Source: Zygnema circumcarinatum SAG 698-1b
Lineage: Eukaryota > Plantae > Zygnematophyceae
Assembly: GCA_037447605.1 (NCBI GenBank)
Contig: CM074805.1
Coordinates: forward strand, 124,001 to 188,000
Length of the DNA stretch: 64,000 bases
Direction: 5' to 3'
In this document: positions 15,455 to 30,276 of the stretch, piece by piece
Layout of the letters: each line of letters opens with the position of its first letter
How positions within the stretch are numbered: the first letter of the stretch is position 1
The notes under the pieces: model-generated
Told to the model about the DNA's origin: nothing
The model's input: only the letters and a program-made list of their open reading frames with translations
The model's database searches: none
Translations under genes and position numbers: made by a program

Positions 15455-18400
15455 ATGCCTATTCGAGTGCTCAACGTGGCTGAGAAGCCCTCCGTTGCGA
15501 GAGCCGTTGCCACCATTCTCTCGCAGGGGCGCATGCGGTCAAGAGATGGTCGCTCTCGTTTCAATCGCATATTTGAGTTTCCATATACCATCAACAATGA
15601 GCAGTGCGACATGCTGATGACCTCGGTAGCAGGGCACCTTATGGAGCTTGAATTCGAAGATAACTATAGAAAATGGCATTCATGTGATCCCTCTGCGCTC
15701 TTTGAAGCGCCCGTACGCAAGCACGTTCCTGAGGTGGATACAAAACAGAATGAGCCCCTAATTTTGCATAACAGATTCTTTCTCTGCCAGTGATGTTATT
15801 GGAAACATTGAATGTTTTCGATTTAATACACTAGGTCAAGTTATTACCTTCAGGAATGGTGGGTGCATGTAAAAAAGGAATCCACTTCATAAGTCAACTT
15901 GTTCCAGTGATAGCTGCAACAAGTTGCTTTTTTCACCTCAACCAGGGGCTCGACCAGGTGAATCGTTTCAAGTTTTAATCTTTGCCATGGACAACTGTGC
16001 CTAGATACTTTGCCTATACTTGGAACAATTAGTACTTTTCCAATCCACAGCCTGCTCGTTGCTCACAAGTCAACTATCGTGTCCGTTTGGAACTTGGGCA
16101 GGACAAATTGCCTTTGAAAAATACGTTAGTGGAGGAAGCACGGACTTGCCAATGGCTCATCCTGTGGCTCGATTGTGATCGGGAGGGCGAAAACATAGCG
16201 TTTGAAGTTATGGATGTGTGTCTCCAAAGTAACCGCAGACTGAACGTCTGGAGAGCACGTTTTTCAGCCCTTGTTGACAGGTAGTGGTATACACCGTTTG
16301 TTTTTTGGCTGGTTGTCACAATGTGTTCCGTTCATTGTTGAAAACGTTTCAACGATGAACATTGTGAAGCAAATGATGATGCATTACCCCAAAAAGCTTA
16401 CCACATCCGTCATCCACTCACTTATCACGGCATCAGAGGCTTCTTGGTGAAGAATTAATATAAATATTGCCATGTCGAATCTAGAACAGCCTTATACTGA
16501 GGGGTCAAGTGATTTACGTTGGCAGGTCGAGGGGGCTATTTGTTTAGGGAATGAGTGAATGTGGACTCAGTTGATGGTGATTATAGATGGTCATGTAGCT
16601 AATGTCACGTTCCGCTAACTGAAAACAAAAAACGAGAAATCATCATTAAATCAAAGAATCACTGTACAGTATGGGAGTGGAAGAGGGGGAGCAGAGACAT
16701 CCATGCGGCAACTCAGCAATTAGGGCGGCCAAACGAGAGATTTGCGCAAGCAGTAGATGCACGTCAGGTGGACTCGATTTTCCCTGGCCTGGTCTAGGTA
16801 TTGCTTGAAAGCTTGACCTTTGTGCAATTTGGCTTGCATCTTTCCAGAAGTCTAGAATGGGAAAATCTCACAATGGCGGACCTTGCCTAGAGAGGAATGG
16901 TACTTAAACGTGGCATTGCATCAGCTTTCTTTTGCAATGACTGCTCCTATAGGCAACTTTACCTTGAGAACAAGAGTCTAAGATGCCCAGCTTTGGGTGT
17001 TTCAACAGTCCTTCGGTTACCCCTAACTCTTGCATAACTTGAGAAAATCTGGCTGCTATTTAAAGAGATTTTCTTCTATAAGCTTTAAAACCGTCCCATT
17101 TTTTACAATCGTAGAGATATCCTTTCTGCAGGAAATTGATCTTCGTATTGGCGCATCCTTTACACGATTCCAGACTCTACTTTTGCAAGATCGCTTCGTC
17201 CTTCCAGGAGCTGAAGCAGATCACAAACAAATCTTCAGCTACGGCCCTTGCCAGGTCTCTGATGACCAATTTCTAGGAAGTGCTTGCTTAAATGTTGAGG
17301 GCGAGTAACAAATGCATCGAGGTGGTTTAACTTTTGATGCGTAATGATGAATGATGGTGTGATTGTACAAGGTAATTAAGAAAAACCATATTTGGAGACC
17401 ATATTTGGGCCCAGGCGTGTTGCATTGACAGCTCCCATAGTTCATTGGTGAGACACGCGCTAATGTCATCACGCGTTTGATCCGCTGCCGACTGTGGCAT
17501 GGGCTCTGCAGTTTCCCACACTTGGATTCATTGTAGAGCGCTACTGGCAAATCCAAGCACATATTTATGAAGATTTTTGGAGCATTCAGTGTCGGTACCA
17601 CGATCAACAACAGAATGCCACAGCTGATTTTACATGGGCGTGAGTTATCTACTTGCCAAAGCAATTCATCAGATGGTAGATGCGAAGTTGGGTCCTTCGT
17701 GAGCCTGCTCCTAACGCAAGTATTAGCTAGACGTCAGCACATTCTTTCCGCGACAAGTTCGAGGTTTCCTGCATTTGTGAAGCAGCTTCCACATTTTCTT
17801 GCCCGCTCCTTTAACCGCTCATACATTTAACTGCAGTCACAAACTTTGGGACAAGAGGCTGCAGAAGAGGTCGCCTGTTCGACCATACCGCTGCAGTGGT
17901 GATTTATGAGATGTGTGTGGAGCGACCTATGGCAACGGTATGTGCCTGACGGTCCTGATGCAGCTAGCGCTGTTTGTGCTCATAGGACTGGCCTAACAGT
18001 TCAAATCAGTTGCATGAATGAGCCTTGTAGATGCATGCAACCCTTCCCTCTTGCACTTTATGGGATAATGTTGAATTGATTTACGTGTGATAAGGAGTTG
18101 GTGCAGGTCATTGAGGTAACTGGTCAAGAGAGGCGGCGCTTTCCTCCCCATCCCCTTAATACCGTGGAGTTGCAAAAGAGGGCCTCTCGCTATTTACGAT
18201 TGGGCTCAGAGCAGACCATGAAGGTCAAATTCCTCTTTCAAGTCTCTATTGTGCACTGGTCATGATCGAGGCTGCCTGTCATGATTAAGTTTTTCACGTG
18301 TTCGTGATTGCCTAGCCACTCCGTAGTCTCTTCTCGCCCTGCCCATCTCATGTCTCTTGTCGCTTCTCAACCCTTGTTTTCTCTTCCCAATGTCTCCCCT

Positions 18401-21400
18401 CTCCTCGTCCTATTCTCGATTCTCTTCTATTCCCATCTTCCCTTTCCTCCGTTGCCATTCTGCTCTCCTTGTCAAATGCTCAGTGAGACTAGACAGAGAG
18501 GCGATATACAGTGATCGCGCAGCTAAACAGCTGATGGTCCTTCCGGTAATCTTGTTCAGATTGCAGAAGAGTTGTACCAGAGCGGATTCATCAGTTACCC
18601 TCGAACTGAAACGGACAGCTTCCAAGCTAGTATTGACCTGCGGGTGAGGATTCACGCAACTCTGGTTTAATTGGCTTGAGGGCAGGATGGTTGCGTGCGA
18701 CCTTTGCACTTCTATGAGTATAACTGCAGTTATGAATTGTGCATTTTGCATCATGGAATGTACGATTCCTTCAAGCTCGTGTCAGATGTGCACAGATAAC
18801 AGTTAACGCTGTCGATCTTCTTTTCGGACCATCCTCTTTTGGCAACTTGTAAAAAGCCGGGCAGTGCTTGTTGTCATGTGTGTGTCTAGGCTATGGTGGT
18901 AGACCAACGAGAGGATCCAACTTGGGGAGACTATGCCACTCGTCTGCTCGATCCTGAAAGTGGCCTTTGGAGAGGTCCATCTAACGGTGGCCACGATGAT
19001 GGAGCTCACCCACCTATCCACCCCACAAAGAGCTCAAACGGAGCGAATAATTGGACATCAGACCACGCGGTAAAGCCATCCACGTTCTTTAATGCACAAA
19101 ACGAGGGGAAAGAGTTACTTTACGCTGCATGTTCACCAAGTTACGATCAGTATGTTCGTGGATGGTATCTCGTAAGTTCTGTCGCACGAGTATGACCGAT
19201 GGCATGCCTTAAGTCCCCAAAATTGTGGTTTGTCATCCCGAACCGCTGATTCAACTCTCTTATTCCGACGAACAGTAAGATGGATTTGTTCCTAAGGCAC
19301 GAAAGGTTGAGGGACTGTGGATTTCCAGAGGCTTTACGAGCTCGTTGTACGCCACTTCTTGGCGTGTGTGTCGCAACCCGCTGTAGGCTTTGAGACAGTA
19401 GCCGTAATCGACATTGCTGGGGAACAATTTCGAGCTCGAGGGCTCATGATCACTGCGGTGAGGTTAAACCAGTCCCTGTGCAGAGGGCTTACAGTTTTCT
19501 TTAGGCTTTTGAAATGGAGTGGAGTGTTTGGTGTTCCTTTACCTTCTAGGGTTCAAGCGATGATTATTGTTCTCCTCCTGTGTCCTTTGTTTCTCGCGTA
19601 GGAGCTTCACTCTCGTGGGCTCCCGCGTTGTCGGGATGTCGCCAGTGTTTTATTTAGCCACTTGCATACTTCATTCATTGTCAGCATTCTCTGAGGATGT
19701 GTGTTTTTCCTGGCAGCGAAATTACTTGGATGTCTACAGGTACGATAGTTGGGGAGTCAGTACAATTCCTGTATTTCAGCAGGGCCAGCAGGTGAAGTAC
19801 CCTCTGTCAGCTTCGGTTTCAACCAACAGCGTTCGCTTTCCATTGCGAGGAAAAAGCTTGCATGGCATGTTTGTTCAGCTACCGTGCTGCTGGTATTGTT
19901 GCCGCTGCATTCACAGAAAGCAGCACTCTTGCTGTTGGCTCTATTCATTTCTAAGAAAAGGGCAAATTATCGATGACACAGTTCATTCCAACGGAACTAA
20001 GCCTGCGACAGAGTACCACAGAGCCGCCGCCTTTGTTATCGGAATCCGACCTTCTTGGGTTGATGGACAAGGTGTTTACAGAACAAACTTACATGCAACT
20101 TTCGCCAGTGTAGTTTCTTTGGTTGTTATTGTACAAATTATGCTTCTGTTTCTTTTTTTGGTCAATTGTGAATTGCAAGCTTTTCGTTGCTATTCAGTAC
20201 ATACGTCACTCCTAAAGGGCCTTAAAAACTTGTGGAGCAGAAAGCTCAACGGTTGCAGGTTGGAGTATTGGTGGGGGTGGAGGGGGAGGCAGGCTGGAAT
20301 AGGCACTGATGCCACAATGCACGACCACATTAAGAAGCTGCTCGACCGTTGCTATGCCACGAAGGACTCCGCTACCCGCTTTTCTCCGACTGAGCTGGTA
20401 TGGCCCTCATTATAGTCTTAATTATGAGAACTCCACGCTCGGACATGTATACGTCGCATTCTGCATGTCTGGACAAAAGGCCCAGAAGTGTAGTCAGGCC
20501 AGCCCTATCCCCCTCTAACAAGGAATGTAGAGAATCCCGCACATACTTGGCTAAGCTACTGTACGGTATGGATCTGTTTTGCATGGAAGCGCTGCTTCTG
20601 TTGTATGAGCCCTCCCACAGAAGCACATCTGACCATTTATTCTTGCGATCTGCCATGCAGGGCGAGGCGCTGGTGATGGGATATGATGCCATGGGGTAAT
20701 TCACTGGCAGCCTTCCCAACCTGCTGAGTGTTTGGAATATTCACATGTCAAGTGATGTACCTATATAATTTGTACTGTGTGATTTCAGGCCAAACCATTG
20801 GTTACATTGTCAAAACATCTTGTATACGAGTAGAGGAGGAAAAAAAAGAAAGAAAATAGCGCAGCAGATTGCTCGCATCACTACAATAGTGCGGTCTATT
20901 AGAAAATAATTCCTTTCTTTTCCTGGCCAGATACGAGCTGTGGAAGCCCCACCTCCGGGCCCTCATGGAACGCGATATGCGAGCAGTGAGCGATGGCACA
21001 AAAAGTAAAGAGCAGGTTTTGGCAGACTCTCTGCGTGCAACCAAGGCTTGCTTTCTCGATGTATGTCAGACAAAGCCAATTCCCTTCACGACTAAGAATG
21101 GTGTACACTTTCGAGACAAAGTTCAGAACAATCCTTAAACATGTACTCTTCAATGTTTTGCAGACTGTATAATCGAGAGAACAGATGTACCTTTGCAAGC
21201 CCTGACATTTGTCAGAACAAGCCTCTTGCTGCGTTTCCAGACATTGATCCCTTTGCCTTTTGTGGCTACTGTCTATCTTAACCTGATTCCATGCCATTTC
21301 CAGCAGCCGAATTGCTTACGCAATGCTTGTTCGTGAATGCTCATTTCGGTGTTTCCACCCGTCCGTGGTGCTGTCAGCTTTGATCCTCCGCTAAAGCGGT

Positions 21401-23957
21401 GTCACTAATTTCAGGGATTTTCAAACTTCGACCTGTTGCAGGCACGGCAACAAAAGGAGAAGCTCATAGAAGCCATGGCTCTCTTCTTCGATCGGTATGT
21501 TTGGATTTTCTCCGTAAATAGCAAAGCCTTTAGGGATTACGGGCCTAAACGTGCATGGCTGAGCTATTCCACTATCCCAGATTTTGTTTCTCACTTTCAT
21601 TTTTCTCTTTTTGCAAAATCAAAGCATGCAATGATATACTTTAAAAAATTCTCCGCCACCCGTTGAGATCATGGTCGAAAGAAAGAAATAGAGGTGATTA
21701 AGCAAGCATTTGGCACCTCCTCCGTGCAAGAGTCACACTATCGTCCAGTGTCCAGTTCTTGTTTGCTTGCTAATCGTTTACAACCTAGCAAAATGTTACA
21801 CTTTCCCGTATGCTTATCTATTGCGAACCAACCTACACTCGGGCAACTCCTATGCCCTGTTCACGTCGCCGTTGGCTTTGCCACGAAGAGTCAATCGAAA
21901 GGGGGGAACTCTGACAGCAAATTGGTTTGGCAGATTGTAGTTTAAACTCACGTCTGGCTTTAGTTTCAAACCCAGTCTTCAGCCAACAAGATTCCAACCA
22001 GCCAGCTCTCAGCGAGTGATTTCTTCAATATCAGACATCATCCATGTGATGCAGCCCTTCCTCCCTGCTTTCCCTATTGCAGGTCGGCAGGAGGGGAACC
22101 TCGGAACATGGGGGAGCATGTACGGCCCTGCCCTGCCTGTGGCCACAGTAGCATGATGCTGAAGACCCGCCAGGTGACCTTTTGAGCCTCCTTCCGCTCT
22201 ACTCAACCCCAGCCTTTTTCTCACGCATGGGGCAAATCATATCGAACTTTCATGAAGTATGGAGGGAGTGCTTGGCATAACTTTCATGCTGGTTCGAACT
22301 GATATGTATCACAGAAGTTTTTGGAAAACCAAAGCTAAGACCAAGGATAAAGCATTGTGAAAGCATGCCAACCTTTCATGGATATGGTTCACCGAGCTCC
22401 CCACGATGAATCGTTGTCAGGATCCATGATCAGAATTGCAACTTCTGGGAATGCAGGATGGAGGGTTCTTCGTTGGATGTGCGGCCTACCCTCAGGTAGG
22501 CACGGCAGTATAATGTGACTGCAATGTTTGGAATACAAAGATTTTTACGGGGATTGCATAGATCCGAGTGATGTTAGTTTGATGCTGAGCTAAACCCTTT
22601 CCAAGCCTCACAGAGGATGCTTGCACTTGAAGGAGGACGGGGTTCTTGGGGTGTGGCGATGTAAACTTCAGTGTCGCAATGTGATCTGGCTCCCTTCCGC
22701 GGTGGAAGACGCATCTGTTATGGAGGAGACCTGCCCAAACTGTCAACCAGGTGTGCACTGATGCTTCGGAAAAAAAAAAAAAATCACAATTTTGCTCTCT
22801 AAGTTTCCAGGAAGGAATGAAACTGACAGGATGTCATGAAAAACCTGGAACATTGGCAAATTCGAAGTCCTCCACCAAAAACAGAAACTGCGTCATTAGA
22901 TTGTCAGTTTTTTCTGAGATTCATAGTAATTAGTTTTTCAATTGTCTGTAAAATGCATCTGACCGTAGCTCCCTCAACTGCGCCGGACAGGGCCGGTCCA
23001 TCTCATCCGATTGAAGCTCAGGCGAATCGATATTCCTGCACACCTGCGCACCTTGCACAATGGTCGGTATTGTGTGAATTCTCGGCATGCCATGGACCTA
23101 CTTGCATCACTTCCACGGCCTTTAGCGGATTTCTCGATCCCTTCTAGAGAAGAACTGTAGACGTACTTGGGTTTGCTTTGCATAAGATTTGAATGTGATG
23201 CCAGAACTCTTGTGATTACTTAGTCCAGCCAATGGGACCGCTTATGCCCTCTAACATCGTGGGATTGGCCATTGGCAGGATGTGTGGGTGGCTGCGACGC
23301 GACTTTGTCAGAAATCATCTCTGTCTGCGGAACAAGGAGGTCCGCTCCACCAGCCGGCCAAACTAGAGGCGCTGGCAGAGGTGTGCCTCCTTGCGGCCTT
23401 CTCAAGCACCGCACACCCTGCACCTTATACTTCTCTCTCCCTCCCTCTGTCAATTTCGCCTTGCCTTTTGTCAAGTTTTTCCATCTTTTTATTTGACTCT
23501 GTCAGGCGGGCAAGCCGGAGTCTCCCGAGGAGCCGCCGCCGCAAGTCGGAGTCCGTGCGCGCACTGCGGCGGGAACAGGCACCACGAGTCTGCGTGCCCT
23601 CAGCGTGGACGGGGAGGGCCAATCCGGCGGCAGCAGCCGCCTGCTGGAGCTTCCCAGGGGCGTGGTAAGCCTGTCCTCCTCTCCTCTCTATTTGATGATA
23701 TGGGCCCCTTCCCTAGATCATGTCAAGTGAAGTGAAGCACTGGATTCTCATCATGTCAGATCATGCCTCATGCCTCGTCCTCGCGGCATCCTGTAGATCT
23801 CACTCACTACCCTGAGACCATCATCAAAAGGATGCATTTGCAGTTGACTGGCTTCCTGTTAAGAGACGAGATGATTTTCTAAGTGAGGCTGGAAAGCACC
23901 ATGGCAGGCGCGGGACGTGGAAGAGGACGAGGTACAGGGAGGCGACGGAATTCTTGA
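15455..23957 (+). CDS. TOP3A: DNA topoisomerase III alpha (type IA)
   Basis: TOPRIM N-terminus [11 protein letters not shown]...[23 protein letters not shown], catalytic [10 protein letters not shown] near 18587, [20 protein letters not shown] and C-terminal Cys-rich, CCHC and RG segments. The last exon (to 23957) is tentative. Confidence 0.96.
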
Positions 23958-24337
23958 CCCGCAACCCATACTGCAGCTGTGCGGCACAAGCATTGAGAAC
24001 GATTGCCACTAGCATATTGCTTTCACTTCTATTTGTTGCACGATGAATAAAATTAATGAACGGAATGGTATCGGTCTTGCGATGTCAAAAGCAACTTCAA
24101 TAACTGCCGTTGAATGGGTTCGCACTCGTCGATGCTAGTGAAAGTGTGAAGATCAGCTCCTGCCCGCGTGCTTAGCTGCCTTCAAACATGTGGTCACAAC
24201 AACTGTCCTGTTGCGACCCGACTGCTCCGACCGGAATGCATCGTTTAGTTATCGGCTCCCGCTCTTTCAGGGGAAGAGGCGGGAAGAAAGTATTGAGAAA
24301 AGGAGAGGACAGGATGCTTATTGAAAATTGACTTGAA

Positions 24338-27300
24338 TCATTGAAAATTTGAGGGCCTAAACACATTGAAGCCGTCTCTGGCTGTGGACACCAGCATGCC
24401 CGGAATCTGCGCATGCCAGTGGAGCTCCTTGATGTCCGCCTGGCCCTGCACTCCTCGCCCCCCTCTCAATTAGGAAGAGGTTTCGCCCCTCTCTGTGCAA
24501 GTCTAAGAGTCCCAACACATGAGAAAGACAATACTCCGCAATAAATAGCAACGCTCCAGACATGGACAGACTGAAGTGCCAGCATAGGGCCAAAGAGGCG
24601 CCCCCCCCCCTCCCTCCCTCCCTCTCTCCTTACCTGGTGAACAAACATGAGCTGTGGAGGAATGTCTTCCGGAGCTTCTGCTTGCGGGCCTGCCTGCTGC
24701 GCGGTGTACTCCGCCTCCTCCTCCGGGTCCCTCTCCAGCGACAAGTCCCACGCCCTGCGGACGCAGCCCACGGAACAAATCAATTTGGTGCCACGGCCTC
24801 CTTGACGGGGAAGGCTTCACCACACAACTTTGCCAGAGCCAAGTTGCATGCAAATTTTGTGCAAATTTCAAGAGAGTGCGCACTTGCGTTAATGTGCCAG
24901 ATCCATGCTCGTGGTTCAGAGGAGATTCGATTTCTCGTGCAGCTGTTTAATAAAACGAGAGACAGGGGGAGAAACGTACGTGAGCTGGTTGTCTGCTGAC
25001 GACACAGCCAGCATAGAGCTGTCATAAAAGCTCCACTCTATTGACGTGATGGGCTGTTTGTGGTACTTGAAGTGTGCAACAAAGGCATCATCCTGAATGC
25101 TCATTTGCCACCAAAAACCGCCCGTTGAGATTTGCAAACAAGGCCATTCCCATCATCACTGACACACTACGACCGAATCATAGCAAGTCATTCACCTCAT
25201 CTGTAGCCTTTGTCCCGATGTCTGGCGTTTGCATGCGATGCATGCATTAATACATGAGATGTTAAACAAACACATTGACATAACTAAGAATTCAATTCTT
25301 GTCTGTATAACCTGATCCCAGTTGAGAAACTCTCCACAGACCAATTTCAGATGGGAAGGTTTGCGTGAACCTGAATGCACTGGTCAGCTCAGCAGGAGCA
25401 GGTTCAAGAAATTACCTTGAAGGAGCGCAAATCCCATATGCGAAAGGTGCCATCATCACTTCCAGATGCCAACATGCAGCTGGCCAGCCTGCAGGCGTTG
25501 CAACAGCAGGCAATCATGACATCATTTGCTTGGGAAATGTGGGACACAGAGTTACATCTGCTAATGACATTCTGGGAAAGACAATGTCAATTCATGTCAA
25601 AGACACCCACACATAAGGTCGTTTACTTAAATTGCCATCCATATCAGACAGAAATCAACTAGTCCCTTGCAAAAAACCAGAACCTAAAAACCGTGAAGTT
25701 AACCAGCCCATCCACCCACCTGTTCCATGATATCACATTCACATCCGCCTCATGGGCATGGATTGTGAGAGCCGGTTGGCTGTCCACACGTGCGTCCCAC
25801 ACCGCCAACTTCTGGTCGGCAGAGCACGAAGCGAACACCTGCGCCTCAGTGGGGCTCCACTGCAACGTCCCTTCCCCCACGAAGAAGGTTCAGTCATAGC
25901 TTATAGAAGACTCATATCTTCCCGAGCAGTTCCACCTTCTTTCTAAAGAGAACTGATATACTCAACTGCTACTTCATGAATGGAAGAATGCTCTGCTTGG
26001 TCCAAGGCGTTCAACGCATCATGATAGCGTACGCTCTTCCAGATACCCGTTTCTGTCCACAGCAGCTGCAGGGGAAGGAGGCAGCACCTGCAGATCCTCC
26101 ACGCTCGCTGTATGGCCGAAAAACGCCTTCTTGCTGACAGCCCACTTCCCATCCTCAGTCGGATCCCAAAGGTGAATGCTCGATCTGCAGTCACCTGCAT
26201 CCCTCGCCCCACCGCATCATCATTGACACAATCTTGGCCCAAACAATGGTCTCCATCCCCCAAAAAGCCTTCAAAACACAATGTAGAACCCCAACACTCC
26301 CCCATCCTCCCCCCCTCCTCGCTTCCTCCCTCCCTCCTACGCCCCCCTCCCTCCGCCTTTCCTCTCTTTCATTCATCATTTCATCTTCAACTTGCCAGTA
26401 ATGAGGCGCCCAGTGGTTACAGGACTCCAATCCAGGGCAAAGCCCTCATCTTTGTGTCCTGTAAATATGTGCAGCGGAGCCTGTCGTGCAGGGGCAGAGC
26501 CATGGCTGCTGCCTTCCCCGCCGGACTCTGCAAGCGAGCGGACATGCACTCCCATGTCCCACACCTGGATTGGAAAAATAGAGGGAAGGTAATCAGATAA
26601 GGCAGAGGGTGTACTAGTAAAACGTATGTCTTTCTGTATGAAGTTGGGCCGGACACCACCTACCATTCATTTAGCAATACTCTCCTCGGGCTGACCTTCA
26701 ACGACGCACCAAAATACATGCTATAGGCCCCTCCTACCTTCGCTCTGCCAAAAAAACATAAACTCGTCTATTGAGAACAGCTGACCTGAACATGACCCGT
26801 GTCCCCCCACGTAGCACACACGTGTGGTTTCTGAGGCATGCAGCGGATTCGGTTCACTCCCCCGTGATGGCGAACCATCCTCGCCTGCACCCTCCATCCA
26901 CTGCTGCTTCACTCGCAACCATGGAGACTGCGCACTTTGGTGCCATCAAGAGTTTTCTCGCTCTCCGCCCAAGTCAAATGAACACAAAAGAAACGTCAAA
27001 CTGCCAAGAAACCTAAACTACGTGAAGACGTTGAAGCTGCCAGTTGCATACCTGCATGGATGGCTTGCCCGCTGCGCCTGCCTCAGCTTCATCATCGCTG
27101 CTGCTTTCGCTGTCACTCTCGTCCTCGCCATTGTTGGAGCGGCGCTGCTTTATGCGGGTCAAGTTGGAAAGACGAAGGACCGCTACTGCGTTGTCCTGTG
27201 CGGCTTCTGCCTGCACGCACCGCCAGGTGGGCGGTTTTCTATTCTCATATAATTCCTTCAAACCTTGAGGCCTGTAGTTGTGCCCAGCACTCTAACCCCT

Positions 27301-28848
27301 GAAAGGTCCACTACTTGCAAGCAAACATGCAATGACCTCAGAAGGCATACACCTGCACATCACATGCAATGTTGCCTGCTATGTATCCACAGAGTATTCA
27401 CACGCGTTGGATCACCATACTTGGAGAAAAAAAAGGCTTACCTGGGTCCCCGCAACGCAGAAGAGTGTGTGAGGGAAGTCAGTTCGCTTTGCCCCCAGCG
27501 AATCTCGCAAGATATCAAAGCTGCAGCGGAGACGAACCCACAGCAACCGTCAGTGACGACGGCGGCAAGTTAAGGTCATCCTTCGACCCGTGACTGTGCT
27601 TTTTGTACATGCAGCGAAGTCGACCGTGCAAGTATCGAATGAGCTTCAGTCACTTCTACCATCACGAACAAGTGTGCGGCAGCACTACCTAAATAGCGTG
27701 GTCACACCTGAGGCAGGGCCATGGAAGTCGAAAGGCATGAAGGCAATCATAAGCTGTAGGATCGAATTGAAGCTCCTCGTCCTCCTCCATACCGTCCACT
27801 CCAGGACGCCATACCTGCAGATTGAAATATCGAAAAAAAATTGCTAGTTAGCTGGCGCTAATTTCCTTTTGGTAGTCCCCGCCTAGAAGCCCTTCTGAGG
27901 ACCATAATTTCGATCATTCAAAGAGAAGTTCAGTGCTCTGAAAAGAGGTTTGAGCACATTTCACAGTAAAAACCATTGCACTCACCTTGGGTCGCTCTGC
28001 AGGTGGATCCCCTCCAGATGTGCCGGCGCCCATGTCAACATCCACTGAAGTTGACTGATTACCTGCTGAAGAAGCGTTCTGCACATGCAGCATCGGAACC
28101 TCTCTAACATCAGCATCCCCTGCTCCGGGATTTTCAGCAAAACCATCTCTAGTAGGCTTCCTACAGGCATACTATCAAGAGGAAGCAAAAGAGAGATGTT
28201 TCAGAAAGAGCATGCCAATTCCGCACTTAATGTTCATTGAAAGCTATCTAGTACGAAATTTAGTAAGAGCTTGAAGGATTTTCCTCCTGGCGGTGAATAA
28301 TACACGGTAACTGACCGTATTTCGAATTGAAAAAACATGTAAATAGCTCGAAAGGAAACATGTGAGCAAACTCCCGTTCAGAAGCATGGGACTTGAAGGG
28401 ATATCGTGTCATTGTAAACACTTCAATTATTCGAACTTGACTTGGACCCTTGAAGAGGAAAACCATTCGTTTTGCTTAAAATTTACTCAGGAATGTTCAA
28501 GTGATTAAGTAGCAGGTGCATTGACTCGAAGCATCCTATACTAGCTCCAGCTATGGAAGAAGCCCTAACGAACTTCAGCTTTTACACCCAGATAAAGTAA
28601 CTCAGCGAATGTAGCGACAGGAAAGTACGGTCGTTCCTTGAGGGAGCACCAGACAATCTATTCCTGCGACGTAGAAATCACTTCCAATTCCAATCCGGCA
28701 GCTGCCTTGGTTGAGAGACCTCCGCAGAAAAATCAAAAACTTAATGAAACGCAAACACACAGAAGTGAACGCAACCAGACACAGTAAAAGGTTTTACCTT
28801 GGACTTCTGCTTCTTCTTGCCTCCGCCGACCTTTTTAGGGTTCCGCAT
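24338..28848 (-). CDS. GRWD1: Glutamate-rich WD40 repeat protein, GRWD1/RRB1 (HTD1-like), ribosome biogenesis
   Basis: Lys-rich start [17 protein letters not shown], acidic [13 protein letters not shown] stretch, WD40 exons ([51 protein letters not shown]) and the family-typical C-terminus [25 protein letters not shown]...DGFNVFRP. Confidence 0.92.
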
Positions 28849-28953
28849 CCTTTCCGGCTCCCTTGACCTGGCGAGGAGAAGAGAAGAGCAGCGCCTCCTG
28901 GAGAGAGATATCTGCTACGAACCCTAAACCTGCTGCGGCAGCAGAGGGCCGCC

Positions 28954-28962
28954 AAACCCTAA
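28954..28962. promoter_or_regulatory. Telo-box (AAACCCTAA) upstream of GRWD1
   Basis: AAACCCTAA about 105 bp upstream of the ATG, with a second AACCCTAAA near 28920. Telo-boxes are typical of plant ribosome-biogenesis gene promoters. Confidence 0.5.
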
Positions 28963-30276
28963 TCCTACAGCTGGCAGCTTTGCTCTCACATTACAAGGGC
29001 AAGCACTTGGTGACGTCAGCCCTAGCACACAGCGTTTGCTTCGGAACACCGCGGAATCTGGCAGGGGACGTGGCAGCTGCTCATTGGCTCGTCTGCGAAT
29101 GATGACGACCGCAGTTTGCAAACCGGCTGTGCACTGAGTTTTGCATACACTTTTCACTCTGCCTGTGCATGGGCCTTAAAAGAGGACCATTATTGCATTG
29201 TGTTTCTGCCCCGTATGAAACCAAATGTGAACATATCCAATAATGCACACATAAAAAGATGCAGATACATGTACGCATGTGTGCATGCAGACAAGAAAGA
29301 ACACTGGGACGAACATGCCTCCACATGCAGCCTTCGCTGGCTTCACGAGGACACACAAGGTAGGCATTATGCCTTCTAGCTTACACAGAGTCAAGGCCTC
29401 CAAAAACGAAGCTTCACGTTCTGATATGCCCCACTACCGGGCAGCCCAACAAATCCCGAGAGCAAGTAGCTGCCTGGCAATGGCTATCAGCTCGGGGTAA
29501 GGTGTGCACTGTATACACAGAAAGCACTACGCCACAAAGAGCATGTAGTCTCTTCACTCCGAGCGGCCCTTTCTAGTTCGAGTTCAGCGTCCCCACTGCG
29601 CTGGACTCCTTCCTGGTCAGAGCTATAAAAGGCTCACTACCTCAAAGCTTCACTGTGGAGATGAGTGGCAAATGCTGCTGCTGCATCTTCGTGACTGTCA
29701 CTAAAAAACCGGAATCGGGTCACCTGCATGTTTACGAACTCGTTGGACCACAAAGGACATAGCATATTTGACAGACAACGAAAGGAGGGAGGAAGTGGGA
29801 CGCTGAAAAGGTATTCACTGAGGTCAGACCTAGAAAACCTTCACCACTACTAGCTACACAGAGGGCTTGGCGCTCCAAAGCTCGAAGCAATCTGTTGATG
29901 GAGCTCTGTGAATCCCTCGAAGCAGACACCACCGAGTGTTGTGGCTCTTTGAGAAAGGAGCCTGTCCTGTTCCTGCCTTTTGCAGGCTTTCACTTCTTGC
30001 AGAGGCTATGGTCTTGAGCTCGGGTCCTCACCAGCAGAGGTTTGAATCTGCCGAAGTTCCATCACCGTGAAGCCTGCATCCCATACTCCTCGATCAAAGC
30101 ATCGTGTGAAACAGAACATCTGTTGATATTTTTCAAGTGGGACCTTGGCGATGCTCTCTGTTCGAGGATCCTTGAGATCTAGCACGGATGTCAATGATGT
30201 CCCAATTACCTTTCCAGCTTTATGGCATGAGAGGAGAATAACTAACTTGTTGTAAGCCTCAAAAACTTGCTTTCCC

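Noticed and set aside
22400-23957. TOP3A C-terminal Cys-rich, CCHC and RG segments as a novel fusion
   Set aside because: Zinc ribbons and knuckles are a known feature of plant TOP3A.
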